Source of the DNA: Candidatus Roizmanbacteria bacterium RIFCSPHIGHO2_02_FULL_40_13b
GTDB lineage: Bacteria > Patescibacteriota > Microgenomatia > UBA1406 > HO2-37-13b
DNA: 64,000 nucleotides
Direction of reading: 5' to 3'
Assembly (NCBI GenBank): GCA_001789445.1
Contig: MFZQ01000013.1
Location: 4,596 to 68,595 of the forward strand
Shown here one piece after another: positions 47,160 to 56,980 of the stretch (positions within the stretch are counted from its first letter, which is position 1; the number at the start of each line of letters is the position of its first letter). The notes under the pieces were generated by a model. The model saw only the letters and a list, made by a program, of their open reading frames with translations. It had not been told where the DNA came from and searched no databases. The translations under genes were made by a program, and so were the position numbers.

Positions 47160-49967
47160 TTATGCACTCGCAATGGTATCTACGATGAGGGTGACCGTTG
47201 TTGTGAACCCCGTTGATGTAATTGTTCCAGTCGAATCGTTTACAAAATATTTTGTATCGCCTGATGATGATTTCCTAACTCTTAGATAGATATCTGTATT
47301 ACTAATGTAATTAAATGTTGTACTTGATGTGCCATTTGTTGCAGTGCCGGTACCGGTTCCAACACCAGTTGCTGTAAATACTAGACCCACCGTATTCGAA
47401 GAGGCTCCAATTAACGTATAGTCTGTTGAACCGATTGTAAGAATCTTATATTTAATACCAATTACAAATGATCCAGCAGTCACGGTTTCGGTATCTTGGT
47501 TCATAAGTTCGCTATTATCACTTGTCTTATAAATGGCAGTCTGGGCAGATTGAATAGGTTTACCAAGGGTATCTACAACGGTTACTTTCAATGTGACTGC
47601 ATTGTTGATTGTAGTTGAAGAACCATCTGATTCTCGGACACTGGGAGTAGAACCACCACTAGTGATGTTAAGAGTTAAAGATCCTCCAGTATTATTGTAA
47701 ATTGCTGCTCCGGCTGAATAGAGATGGTGTGTTTCGGCACCTGCCGCTGTAAGATTAGCTCGTCCAGTAGCCCCACCAGAAATAGCATGGGCGGCGGTAT
47801 CATACAGAGTAATAGTTGTACTTGATTCGCTTCGAACATAGTATAGGTTTCCGTCCGTTAATCCTACATTCTGCGTGCCTCCCTGATCTTGATAATAAGC
47901 TGGATCGCCATTGGTGTACCCATGAACAGCATCAAGTGTTATTACGTCAGTACTGGTATTGATTCCAGAAGAACTTGTAAGAAAAGTTCGTTCAACTGGA
48001 CCAAATGCCGTAAATGTATTACCCGCAAACGAGTAGGTGCCGGCAGTGGTAACGCGAATAGCGTGGCCAGTTGTAGAGGATCCAGTAAAAGTATTATTTT
48101 CAAATATTACAGGTGAGGAGACAGAACTCCATCTGTTTCCAGCCGTCACTCCGGTGACATTAATCGAGGACCCACTTATAACGGTTGAACCATTTGTCGT
48201 TAGTGTGTCATTCCCTGCTGGTACTCTTGAAATGGTTGCACTTGTAATTGTGCAACTTGAAAAATTCAACGTCGGACAAGATGAAAATGCCATTGAATTG
48301 AACGTCATCACATTGCGAAGAGTAACGTTTGCGCCCACGATAACAAGACCGGTAAAATCCCATGTTGCAGCACTCGTTGCCGCCGAGTTAATCTCCCAAT
48401 AATAAGTTGTTGGAGAGGTGACAACCGAATTAGTGTGTTTGACTACATCGCCACTTTTTCCTGCATAACTAATTCCAATGGTGTTATCGGCTGCGTGATA
48501 TTGTAATTCTTTCTTAGATGTATCTGCGCGGCGCGGAAATTGGAGTGAACCGGCATCAATTTGAAAATTTACTGCATCACCTCCACCTATTTGAATAGGG
48601 ACAAAGGACAATATTCCTGTAGAACCTACCTTTTGAATTACTGGGAGGCGAAAACTTTGGCCAATTTCTGACATTCCGTCCGTGTCAACCGGGTTGTTGG
48701 TATCTCCGCCGGCGACTATTTGTGTTTGAACCTGATGCAGTTCGGACATATAGACCGTTGAGGAGAAGGATGGGGCATTGCGCAAAAATTGGATATAGGT
48801 GACGCTAGTAGTTGTGGCGCTCCCACTTGAGCCAGTGTCATAGTCGGACCCGGCGTATCCGGCCTGAATGGCAAACACACATCTTTGCACCGGGTTTGGC
48901 ACAGAGTTTTTTGCAGCGACTTGATAAGCGTTCCAGTTATTGGCACCACTGGCGACGCGCACCACAACACCACCTTGATCAATTGTTCCAATACCAAATG
49001 CACCCATTTTCGGAGTACCTGCTATGAAACTCCCGCAAATTAGGCCGGTAGAAAGATCACGTCCACTTGTTAGTACTAGTTCTGGTCCGGTTAAAGCAGT
49101 CCTGGCTGTGGCTGCCGCAGATGAGTTTACAGCGTTTGAATAGGGGTTGATGCCAAAATCTGCACCATTGGCGGCTGTTGCCTGAGTTAGTGTCTTTCCA
49201 TTGATAGTCGCGGTGACGACATAGGAACCAGAAGCAGAGTAACTGATGTTATTTATGGTGGAAACATGATGACCACAGGTAAGTCGTGTTCCCGGAGAAG
49301 TAGAATCATCTACATACGCAGGAATTTGTCCGCCCGAAGTGTTACGTAGCGCAAAAGTTATTCGGACATAAACAGCAGAAACGCTAGATGACCAGTTTGC
49401 TACCGGTGTTGCTCCGGTTGCCCGTTGGATATACCAAGCTGCTGCCTGATGAGACGAGGTGGTGGCGGTAGTGCCCGTTGAGTCGGCGTTGTAAATTGAC
49501 ATCACTCCCGGATCAGACAGCACTTGTGGTGTTGTGCTGTCTTGAGCGATATGAAAGACCACCAAGGCATCCGTTGTCCCTGTTGTCACCGAAGAATTAA
49601 CCGGCGTTGTCGTGGCAGTTCCCACTCCGGCATGTAGCGGCGTCACGCCGTCAAAAGGGGTCGTAGTATCCACGTCACGGTAGCAATAAATACCACAAGT
49701 ATAAGCATCCGCAGTTGTGAGTGTCAATGTTTCTGTGCTACCTGTTGCCAATACGTAGTATAAATAACTTATTGTGCCTTGTGTTACTGGGTTGGTAGGT
49801 GCACTGGGGAGAGCCGCCCATGATGATCCAGCTATGGTGATGGTGCCGGAGTCCACTGTAATATGCGCAATCAGGATGTCATTTGCTTGGTGTGCAGGCA
49901 TGTTTTGAGCAATGCTTGTAATCGCGCCGCTAACACCACTCTGTGCATGCTCTACGAAATATGCCAT
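47160..49967 (-). CDS. large signal-less Thr/Gly/Ser-rich structural (fibre-like) protein
   Basis: 935 aa, beta-rich; HGY.NGD..YY..GLTDGNLYYV module and AGSFVIG.KYKI...G.TD.T.IGA motif. Confidence 0.75.
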   Translation of the reverse strand: MAYFVEHAQSGVSGAITSIAQNMPAHQANDILIAHITVDSGTITIAGSSWAALPSAPTNPVTQGTISYLYYVLATGSTETLTLTTADAYTCGIYCYRDVDTTTPFDGVTPLHAGVGTATTTPVNSSVTTGTTDALVVFHIAQDSTTPQVLSDPGVMSIYNADSTGTTATTSSHQAAAWYIQRATGATPVANWSSSVSAVYVRITFALRNTSGGQIPAYVDDSTSPGTRLTCGHHVSTINNISYSASGSYVVTATINGKTLTQATAANGADFGINPYSNAVNSSAAATARTALTGPELVLTSGRDLSTGLICGSFIAGTPKMGAFGIGTIDQGGVVVRVASGANNWNAYQVAAKNSVPNPVQRCVFAIQAGYAGSDYDTGSSGSATTTSVTYIQFLRNAPSFSSTVYMSELHQVQTQIVAGGDTNNPVDTDGMSEIGQSFRLPVIQKVGSTGILSFVPIQIGGGDAVNFQIDAGSLQFPRRADTSKKELQYHAADNTIGISYAGKSGDVVKHTNSVVTSPTTYYWEINSAATSAATWDFTGLVIVGANVTLRNVMTFNSMAFSSCPTLNFSSCTITSATISRVPAGNDTLTTNGSTVISGSSINVTGVTAGNRWSSVSSPVIFENNTFTGSSTTGHAIRVTTAGTYSFAGNTFTAFGPVERTFLTSSSGINTSTDVITLDAVHGYTNGDPAYYQDQGGTQNVGLTDGNLYYVRSESSTTITLYDTAAHAISGGATGRANLTAAGAETHHLYSAGAAIYNNTGGSLTLNITSGGSTPSVRESDGSSTTINNAVTLKVTVVDTLGKPIQSAQTAIYKTSDNSELMNQDTETVTAGSFVIGIKYKILTIGSTDYTLIGASSNTVGLVFTATGVGTGTGTATNGTSSTTFNYISNTDIYLRVRKSSSGDTKYFVNDSTGTITSTGFTTTVTLIVDTIASA

Positions 49968-50003
49968 ACGAAAATAGTATCATAAATTCTAGGGTAAATG
50001 AGG

Positions 50004-50765
50004 TTAGCCATATTCCTCTTTCAAACTTGGATCAAGCGCATAAGCCGTATCAATATTTTCAGTCGACTTCTTAGTATCACCCAGTTCACGGTATATGACG
50101 CCTAATGTGTAATAGAGGTGGGGGAGAGTGGGATTAAGTCGTATCGCTTTTATAAGTGTTTCTTTAGCAAGAACATTTTTATTTTGTTGTTTATAGACAA
50201 GTGCAAGGTTTCCCATGATATGAGCGTCAACAGGAGCTAGTAACAGTGCTTTTTTAAAATAATTTTCTGCATCAGAATAGCGAAAAACTTGCGCTGAAAG
50301 TGAGGCAATTTCTTGCATCAAGGATATGTCTTTTGGATGAAGCTGTACGGCTTCTTTATAAGCGGTAATAGCCTGTGTACATTTTCCCAATCTTGTTAAA
50401 CAGTGAGCGAGTCGAATATACGACTCCAAATGGCGTGGTCTAATTCTAATTGTGTGTCTGAAATATTTTACTGCATTGGTGATATCGTTGGTTAGTTGAT
50501 ATAAAACTGCGACATTGAAGGCTGGTAAGGCATATTTTTTATCTTTCAAAACAGCTTTTTTATACGCATCGATTGCTCCATATTTATTTCCTAATGCATA
50601 CAGAGTCGTACCAAGACTGTTTAAGGCAATTGCATTATTAGGATTAAGAATAAGGGAATGTTTAAAGCAATAATATGCTTCAAGTGTTTTACCTTGAGAT
50701 TGTAATCTCATCCCGTACGCTATTAGTTTCTCTGCCCCTGAAGTTTCGTGAGGTGTATATATCAC
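50004..50765 (-). CDS. TPR-repeat protein
   Basis: Six to seven canonical TPRs. Confidence 0.88.
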   Translation of the reverse strand: MIYTPHETSGAEKLIAYGMRLQSQGKTLEAYYCFKHSLILNPNNAIALNSLGTTLYALGNKYGAIDAYKKAVLKDKKYALPAFNVAVLYQLTNDITNAVKYFRHTIRIRPRHLESYIRLAHCLTRLGKCTQAITAYKEAVQLHPKDISLMQEIASLSAQVFRYSDAENYFKKALLLAPVDAHIMGNLALVYKQQNKNVLAKETLIKAIRLNPTLPHLYYTLGVIYRELGDTKKSTENIDTAYALDPSLKEEYG

Positions 50766-50876
50766 TATAGTAAGTATATATCATTGCCTAAACTGTAGTG
50801 AAGAAATTATGTTAATTAGCTCAAATAAGGCGATTTGTGTTGACAAACTGACGGAAATACAGTATTATACGGTTAT

Positions 50877-52016
50877 ATGAAGATTAAAAGACTTCTAGAA
50901 GATGAAATCTTGGCTCAATTAGAGAGCAGTACTAAGGGCATAGTTATTTATGGTCCACGCCAAGCAGGAAAAACTACTTTGGTTAACGACATATTAACAA
51001 AAAGGAAATGGAAAACTCTTATTCTAAACGGAGATAGGCGCGGGAATTGGTGGGAGACTATCACAAGTCGCGAGTTATCAAAAATAAAACTGCTCTTAAG
51101 TGGTTACCAAACTTTGTTTATTGATGAAGCCCAGAGGATACCTGAAATAGGCTTGAGTCTAAAAATTATCTTAGATGAGTTCCCAGATTTGAAAGTGATT
51201 GTTACTGGTTCTTCCTCGCTTGATTTGGCTAGTAAAATTAGTGAACCATTAACGGGTAGAATTATTACGCATAAGCTGTATCCTATTTCTTTTGTTGAAC
51301 TAAATACAATCTTCACTCCTTTTGAATTACTAGAAAATCTTGAGGAACGGATGATTTTTGGATCTTACCCGGAAATATTTTCTTTACATGGAATTTTAGC
51401 AAAAACTGAATATCTGATGAATCTCACAGATACCTATCTTTATAAAGATTTATTGGAATTTGGGGGAATAAGAAATTCAAACAAAATCAGAGATTTATTG
51501 AAACTATTGGCTTTTCAGATTGGTTCACAGGTATCTTTGTCAGAATTAGGAAACAGTTTGGACTTGAGCAGGACCACTGTGGATAGATATATCGATCTTT
51601 TGGAAAAATCATTTATCGTATTCAGATTAAGTGGATTTAGTCGCAATTTACGTAAAGAAGTTTCTAAAATGGACAAAATATATTTCTATGATATCGGGGT
51701 AAGAAATACTATAATAGGTAATCTAAATTTTCTAAACAACCGCGATGACCAAGGTAAATTATGGGAGAATTTTTTAATGATAGAACGAATCAAACGACAA
51801 CAATATGCTCATACATTATACGGATGTTATTACTGGCGCCTGTCAAGCGGGGCAGAAATTGATTTAGTCGAAGAAGAAGGTGGGCAATTATCGGGTTTTG
51901 AGTTTAAATATACAAAGAAAACGATCAGATCTCCTAAGTCTTGGTTGGAAACGTACTCTAACTCTACATTTCATACCATCAACAAAGATAATTTCTTGGA
52001 TTTTGTGACGATTTAA
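50877..52016 (+). CDS. AAA+ ATPase (AAA_14 + DUF4143 type)
   Basis: GPRQAGKTT, FIDEAQR, VTGSSSL, LTGR, KIYFYDIG and AEIDLV..FEFK. Confidence 0.9.
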   Translation: MKIKRLLEDEILAQLESSTKGIVIYGPRQAGKTTLVNDILTKRKWKTLILNGDRRGNWWETITSRELSKIKLLLSGYQTLFIDEAQRIPEIGLSLKIILDEFPDLKVIVTGSSSLDLASKISEPLTGRIITHKLYPISFVELNTIFTPFELLENLEERMIFGSYPEIFSLHGILAKTEYLMNLTDTYLYKDLLEFGGIRNSNKIRDLLKLLAFQIGSQVSLSELGNSLDLSRTTVDRYIDLLEKSFIVFRLSGFSRNLRKEVSKMDKIYFYDIGVRNTIIGNLNFLNNRDDQGKLWENFLMIERIKRQQYAHTLYGCYYWRLSSGAEIDLVEEEGGQLSGFEFKYTKKTIRSPKSWLETYSNSTFHTINKDNFLDFVTI

Positions 52017-52474
52017 GCCTCTTCGTCTGAGTCAGTTTCATATGGATCGGCAATCAGATTTTTATGAGCAGTCTTAATTATCGCCAAAATCATATATATT
52101 ATGGCAGGAATAACAAGGATGACACCAGAAAAGGCGAGTGAAAGATTCCATTGAAGTGAGATATTATTTGTATGCGTAGCGATTTGCTGAATTGCAAAAA
52201 GCTCCATGAGTGCGGCAAGTATAAAAACAACAACCGATTGCAAGCTGTATTTGTTTTCTCCCAAAGAAGTTATTGTTATAACAATACTTATAAATATTGC
52301 AACAGTTTTAACTCCAACAGAAACGGCAGTAAATGGATACGTTGAAAGCATGACTGGTGTGAGAAATTCAAACGGTGATCCAATTGTAAGTGAAAGTGGT
52401 CCGGATAAAATATCTAGTACATATCCAAAAATAACTAATCCTACTGCGCCGGTAAGAAAATATTCAGTTTTCAT
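52013..52474 (-). CDS. 4-TM hypothetical protein
   Basis: Hydrophobic helices. Confidence 0.7.
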   Translation of the reverse strand: MKTEYFLTGAVGLVIFGYVLDILSGPLSLTIGSPFEFLTPVMLSTYPFTAVSVGVKTVAIFISIVITITSLGENKYSLQSVVVFILAALMELFAIQQIATHTNNISLQWNLSLAFSGVILVIPAIIYMILAIIKTAHKNLIADPYETDSDEEA

Positions 52475-52958
52475 TTCCAGGTACTGTATTATTCATAACG
52501 GTTGCATTATGTATATTATGCGACAATACATATTGGGATGTTTTGTCAGGTTTAAGATCAAATTTTTTATCTACAGTGAGGGAATTATGCGTATTTTCAA
52601 TCACATTCCTCACTTGACCTTCCCCAGTTCCACGAGATATCCATACGGGAAAGCCTTTGTATATTCCTGGTTTCCACTTCTTGGTTTTATCGATAATTGT
52701 GGTTACTGTTGCATGAGAAACAACTCCTAAATCATCGTGAGCCGGCTGTTTACTTTTTTTTACAATATGTATGAGGTTTGGATTGTTTTGAATAAAATCA
52801 TCAACCGGGTACCACTCAAAATATGTTGCGGGTGCAGTTCTATTTGATGCGAACTCAACTCGAACATATCCAGGGTAGGTCATATCATGCGTTATGTTCA
52901 AACATTCTCGAAGAGAACCATTTATATCTGTAACGGTAAGCTGATGTTTAATTGGCAT
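52464..52958 (-). CDS. hypothetical protein
   Basis: GTGEGQVR.V..NT...LTV...F...PD.TSQY beta module. Confidence 0.65.
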   Translation of the reverse strand: MPIKHQLTVTDINGSLRECLNITHDMTYPGYVRVEFASNRTAPATYFEWYPVDDFIQNNPNLIHIVKKSKQPAHDDLGVVSHATVTTIIDKTKKWKPGIYKGFPVWISRGTGEGQVRNVIENTHNSLTVDKKFDLKPDKTSQYVLSHNIHNATVMNNTVPGNEN

Positions 52959-52989
52959 ACGAGTATGAAACTACTATAGCATAAAATAT

Positions 52990-53643
52990 TTAAAATATTG
53001 AATTAAAATAATCATAGGTGAGAACTGCTCTGTCGGTCCAATTGGTTGAAAAACTACTTGTTCCTTTGACATATCGATATGCACCCGTAGCGTCTTCCTT
53101 AATTATATACCACGCTCCGTCTTTATTTACATATCCATAATAAGAAGGAATTGCATCATCAATTTGTGAGATATTATACCCATCAGTTGGTTTTTTTTCG
53201 GACGGATCAATCAAGGTTCCTGTCGAATCTTTAATACCGACTGTTCCTGGCCCCGGATTACTTCCAAAAAAAGCGGCTTCGGCTTTACCGGTAAAAATCG
53301 ACAATAAAAAAACAGATACACCGGCAGAGCCAATGAGTCGTAAAAACATACGCCGATTATCATCTACTTTTTTTTCCTCATGTTGATCAATACGCGTTAA
53401 TGTAATTGGCTTTTTTTCAGTCTCGATATCTGCTTTCTGTATTTTTTTGGTAACAACTTTTTCTGTGGGTAATTTGGAAGGAGCATATTTAGTTGCAGTG
53501 ATGATACTTCTCCAAAAGTACACCATGAGTGGAAAAAAAATAATGCTACTGATAAGTTGGGGATAAGATGTCGTATCTACAAATCCAATTACTGTTATTA
53601 CAGTAATGACGACAACATTGTATAAAATAATTATTTTTTTCAT
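52990..53643 (-). CDS. membrane protein with internal twin-arginine (Tat) signal
   Basis: Two TMs, then DDNRRMFLRLIGSAGVSVFLLSIFTGKAEA, then a small beta domain ending WTDRAVLTY. Confidence 0.8.
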   Translation of the reverse strand: MKKIIILYNVVVITVITVIGFVDTTSYPQLISSIIFFPLMVYFWRSIITATKYAPSKLPTEKVVTKKIQKADIETEKKPITLTRIDQHEEKKVDDNRRMFLRLIGSAGVSVFLLSIFTGKAEAAFFGSNPGPGTVGIKDSTGTLIDPSEKKPTDGYNISQIDDAIPSYYGYVNKDGAWYIIKEDATGAYRYVKGTSSFSTNWTDRAVLTYDYFNSIF

Positions 53644-54185
53644 TTTTCTTTTAGAATAAATTCTTTATTAATCCAGGCTGAAGTAGAAGCATCTAGTTGA
53701 ATTTCGACCCAATTAATACTAGTTGAAATAACTGTATATTTTTTTCCACCCATAGCTTTTCCGATTACTTTTGACAACGTTGATGGGTTTTTTCGTAAAT
53801 TCACCCATGAGTCTCCTGCTTTTTCCGTGTCAATTTCAACATAGTTGGGTATTGGAGTTGGAATTATTTTGGTTGGAAGCATTTTTTGCCAGGTACTAAT
53901 AGGTTTTTTTTGATGGGCACTCGACTGTATTTTATAAAAGGAAAAAGAACTCAAAATAATAAGGGAACAAATTATCACGACGAATGTATTTCTAGTGGAG
54001 ACATTTGTTGGAATTGGTGTTTTATTAAAGATAGCGCGCAATAAATAATAGGTGAAATAACCAGTTATAGGTAATAAAATAATAAAAAATAAGGGATTAC
54101 CAGTCTGCAATAAAAGAAAAGCACCGGTAACAGACAAAAATACACTTATTAGTGTGCAGTACCCAAAAAAAAGCTTTTCAACCAT
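53640..54185 (-). CDS. 3-TM protein with C-terminal SH3b domain
   Basis: WVNLRKNPST.SKVIGKA..G..Y.V......WVEI......WI. Confidence 0.8.
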   Translation of the reverse strand: MVEKLFFGYCTLISVFLSVTGAFLLLQTGNPLFFIILLPITGYFTYYLLRAIFNKTPIPTNVSTRNTFVVIICSLIILSSFSFYKIQSSAHQKKPISTWQKMLPTKIIPTPIPNYVEIDTEKAGDSWVNLRKNPSTLSKVIGKAMGGKKYTVISTSINWVEIQLDASTSAWINKEFILKEK

Positions 54186-54194
54186 ACATATAGT

Positions 54195-54707
54195 TTATTG
54201 GCCAGTATTTAATAATTTCTTTATTTCAGGATTGATGGTTGCTTCAGGAGTACTTGGTGTGTAAGAAGTCTCCAATTCTATTTTATTCAAATTACTTTCT
54301 ATAATATCGAGTTTTGTTACGATTTTTTCAATTAATGCAGTATTGCCTTTAAGCGATGCTACATCAGACTGAATTTTAGATAACTCAAAAGAAAGATCTG
54401 CCGGTGAGTTTTTCTTTGGCTGTATAGAAAGGATTGAGATATAGAAAATAATACTCGCGGTACTTATCAACAATGCTATTGATAAGATTCCTGCAAATGT
54501 TGATTTGTTAGAAACATGCTCTGGTGAATTTATTTCAGAATGAGGAATCTTTCCTAATACAAGAATCCAAAAGTATATACTGATAGGGAGTATAAAGAGC
54601 GCTAATAGAAACCCAATTGGTTTTGATGTAAAAATGCATGACCAAATAATAAGTCCAGTTGAAATAATCAAACTATAGTATGCAAGAATGGTGTGGTATT
54701 TTCTCAT
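54195..54707 (-). CDS. 3-TM protein with coiled coil
   Basis: Hydrophobic helices followed by heptads. Confidence 0.7.
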   Translation of the reverse strand: MRKYHTILAYYSLIISTGLIIWSCIFTSKPIGFLLALFILPISIYFWILVLGKIPHSEINSPEHVSNKSTFAGILSIALLISTASIIFYISILSIQPKKNSPADLSFELSKIQSDVASLKGNTALIEKIVTKLDIIESNLNKIELETSYTPSTPEATINPEIKKLLNTGQ

Positions 54708-54783
54708 AGGTGTTACTACAGTTACATTATGAATGTTTCATCAAAAAAAAGCAATCGGATGTACGTACTGTATAATAGGAATT

Positions 54784-56832
54784 ATGAATCGTAAATATAC
54801 TCCTAAAGATATAGAACCTAAAATCGCACAATCCTGGGACGATGAAAATATCTATAAGTCAATTCCCCCTATCTCCCAAACCCCTCCTCCCCCAAACCCT
54901 AAAAAGGCATATATCTTAGTCATGTTTCCATATCCTTCAGGCGAGGGTCTGCATACGGGGCATGCGCGAGTTTATACGGGAACAGATGTCCTTGCTCGTT
55001 TTTTTCGTATGAAAGGAAAATCAGTACTTCACCCAATGGGATTTGACGCTTTTGGTCTTCCTGCCGAAAATGCCGCAATTAAGCTCCAAAAAAATCCAAT
55101 AGATATGGTTCCTGAAAATATTGCAAATTTTAAGCGACAAATGAAGCTCCTGGGCTTATCGTATGATTGGAGTAGGGAATTTTCCACAACAGATCCGGAA
55201 TATTACAAATGGACACAGTGGCTTTTCATTCAATTTTTCAAAATGGGGCTTCTTCATAAGAAAGAAACACCAATATTCTATTGCCCAAACTGTAAAACAG
55301 GACTTGCGCAGGAAGAAGTCTTGGAAGATGGGACGCATGAACGATGTGGGACAGCTGTTGAAGAGCGCAACTTGCCGCAGTGGATTTTTCGAATCACTAA
55401 GTATGCTGACAGACTTCTCGATGATCTTGAAGGTCTTGATTGGCCAGCCGGGATATTACAAATGCAGAAAAATTGGATAGGGAAGAAAGTGGGGAAATCT
55501 GGGGAGTCAACATATCATTTGCGAGATTGGATTTTTTCACGACAACGATATTGGGGGGAACCGATACCGATGATTTTTTGTGATAAATGCGCTGAAAAAA
55601 AAATCAACTACTGGGAAGGGGATAGGAGTAGAGGAGTAGATCATAACAATAATGAAGTGGAACAAATGATATCAGGATTTGTGGATGAAGTGAAGGATGA
55701 TTTATATGGATGGTTTCCGGTTGAAGAGAAGGATTTGCCCTTAAAACTTCCCTATGTGAAAAGTTATATGCCAACGGAAAGTGGGCAGTCGCCCTTGTCG
55801 CAAATTGAAGAGTTCGTACATACAACGTGTCCACATTGTGGTTCAGATGCTCGAAGAGAAACAGATACAATGCCCAACTGGGCAGGAAGTAATTGGTATT
55901 TCTTGTATTTTGGCCGTCAGCATGACAAAACTCGCCCACCGTCTTTACAAAATTGGAAAACAGAGATCGGGGATCCATCTGCCCAGTGGCTTCCAGTGGA
56001 TTGGTATCTGGGTGGGGCAGAGCACGCGGTGCTTCATCTTCTGTACGCACGATTTTGGGTCAAAGCGATGAAAGATATAGGACTTGTTTCTTTCAGTGAG
56101 CCCTTTGCCAAGCTTCGAAGTGTGGGAATGGTCCTTGCGTCCGATAATCGAAAAATGAGCAAGTCGCTTGGAAATGTAGTAAATCCGGATGATGTGGTTT
56201 CCGAATATGGAGCCGATACATTACGGGTGTATGAGATGTTTATGGCGCCATTTGGCCAAGAAGTTGCCTGGTCAGAAAGTGCAATCCAGGGTGCCTACCG
56301 ATTTTTGCAAAGAATTTGGCAGATATTCATAAGCTCTGATAGTATAACAGAAAATCAGGATGAGGAAAACTTTGAACTAGTTGCCGAGCTTCAAAGTACC
56401 ATTTCAAGGATCGAGTCAGATATCACGAACGTGAAATTTAATACATCTATTTCAACAATGATGGAATTCATCAATTTGTGGGAAAAAAAGAAGTTATCCC
56501 GTCAGAGTAGTGCAAAGTTCCTACAAATACTTGCCCCATTTGCTCCATTTATGACCGATTATTTATGGAGAGAAATCTTAAAAAATAAAGAATCAATTCA
56601 TATTTCTACATGGCCGAGTGTTGATAAATCGGTAATTTCTATCAAAAAAGTTACCATAACGATTCAAGTTAATGGCAAAATGAGGGGGGTAATTTCGTTC
56701 GAAAATGGGGACGTGGAGGAAAAAGAGGCCATTGAAGAAGCCCTAAAGCTAGAAAATGTGAAAAAATATGTCGTCGATGATACTTATAAAGTAATCTACG
56801 TCAAAGAGAGAGTATTGAACTTTGTAGTTTAA
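54784..56832 (+). CDS. leuS: leucyl-tRNA synthetase lacking the CP1 editing domain
   Basis: MFPYPSGEGLHTGH, GFDAFGLPAENAA, QKNWIG-11 aa-LRDWIFSRQRYWG and KMSKS. Confidence 0.95.
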   Translation: MNRKYTPKDIEPKIAQSWDDENIYKSIPPISQTPPPPNPKKAYILVMFPYPSGEGLHTGHARVYTGTDVLARFFRMKGKSVLHPMGFDAFGLPAENAAIKLQKNPIDMVPENIANFKRQMKLLGLSYDWSREFSTTDPEYYKWTQWLFIQFFKMGLLHKKETPIFYCPNCKTGLAQEEVLEDGTHERCGTAVEERNLPQWIFRITKYADRLLDDLEGLDWPAGILQMQKNWIGKKVGKSGESTYHLRDWIFSRQRYWGEPIPMIFCDKCAEKKINYWEGDRSRGVDHNNNEVEQMISGFVDEVKDDLYGWFPVEEKDLPLKLPYVKSYMPTESGQSPLSQIEEFVHTTCPHCGSDARRETDTMPNWAGSNWYFLYFGRQHDKTRPPSLQNWKTEIGDPSAQWLPVDWYLGGAEHAVLHLLYARFWVKAMKDIGLVSFSEPFAKLRSVGMVLASDNRKMSKSLGNVVNPDDVVSEYGADTLRVYEMFMAPFGQEVAWSESAIQGAYRFLQRIWQIFISSDSITENQDEENFELVAELQSTISRIESDITNVKFNTSISTMMEFINLWEKKKLSRQSSAKFLQILAPFAPFMTDYLWREILKNKESIHISTWPSVDKSVISIKKVTITIQVNGKMRGVISFENGDVEEKEAIEEALKLENVKKYVVDDTYKVIYVKERVLNFVV

Positions 56833-56840
56833 TACTATTT

Positions 56841-56957
56841 CGCTTGATACCCATTTCTCGCACAAGTGGGGACCCCCGCTTTAAACTGGCACCCCAGTTG
56901 TTCTCGAAACGGGTATCTACGCGAAATATCTGTCATCCTGAACTTGTTTCAGGATCT
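56841..56957. repeat. family-B element plus REP
   Basis: CGCTTGATACCCATTTCTCG..GGGGACCCCCGCT..CGAAACGGGTATCTACGCG (near-identical copy at 61836); TGTCATCCTGAACTTGTTTCAGGATC. Confidence 0.9.
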
Positions 56958-56980
56958 CAGCCCTGGTATAATCATCTTCG

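Noticed and set aside
42362..49967. Prophage
   Set aside because: Fibre-like and Bro-N genes are present, but I recognised no terminase, portal, capsid, lysis gene or catalytic integrase.
52500..52527. dif-like sequence GGTTGCATTATGTATATTATGCGAC
   Set aside because: It lies inside a CDS and matches the XerD arm poorly, so it is probably chance.
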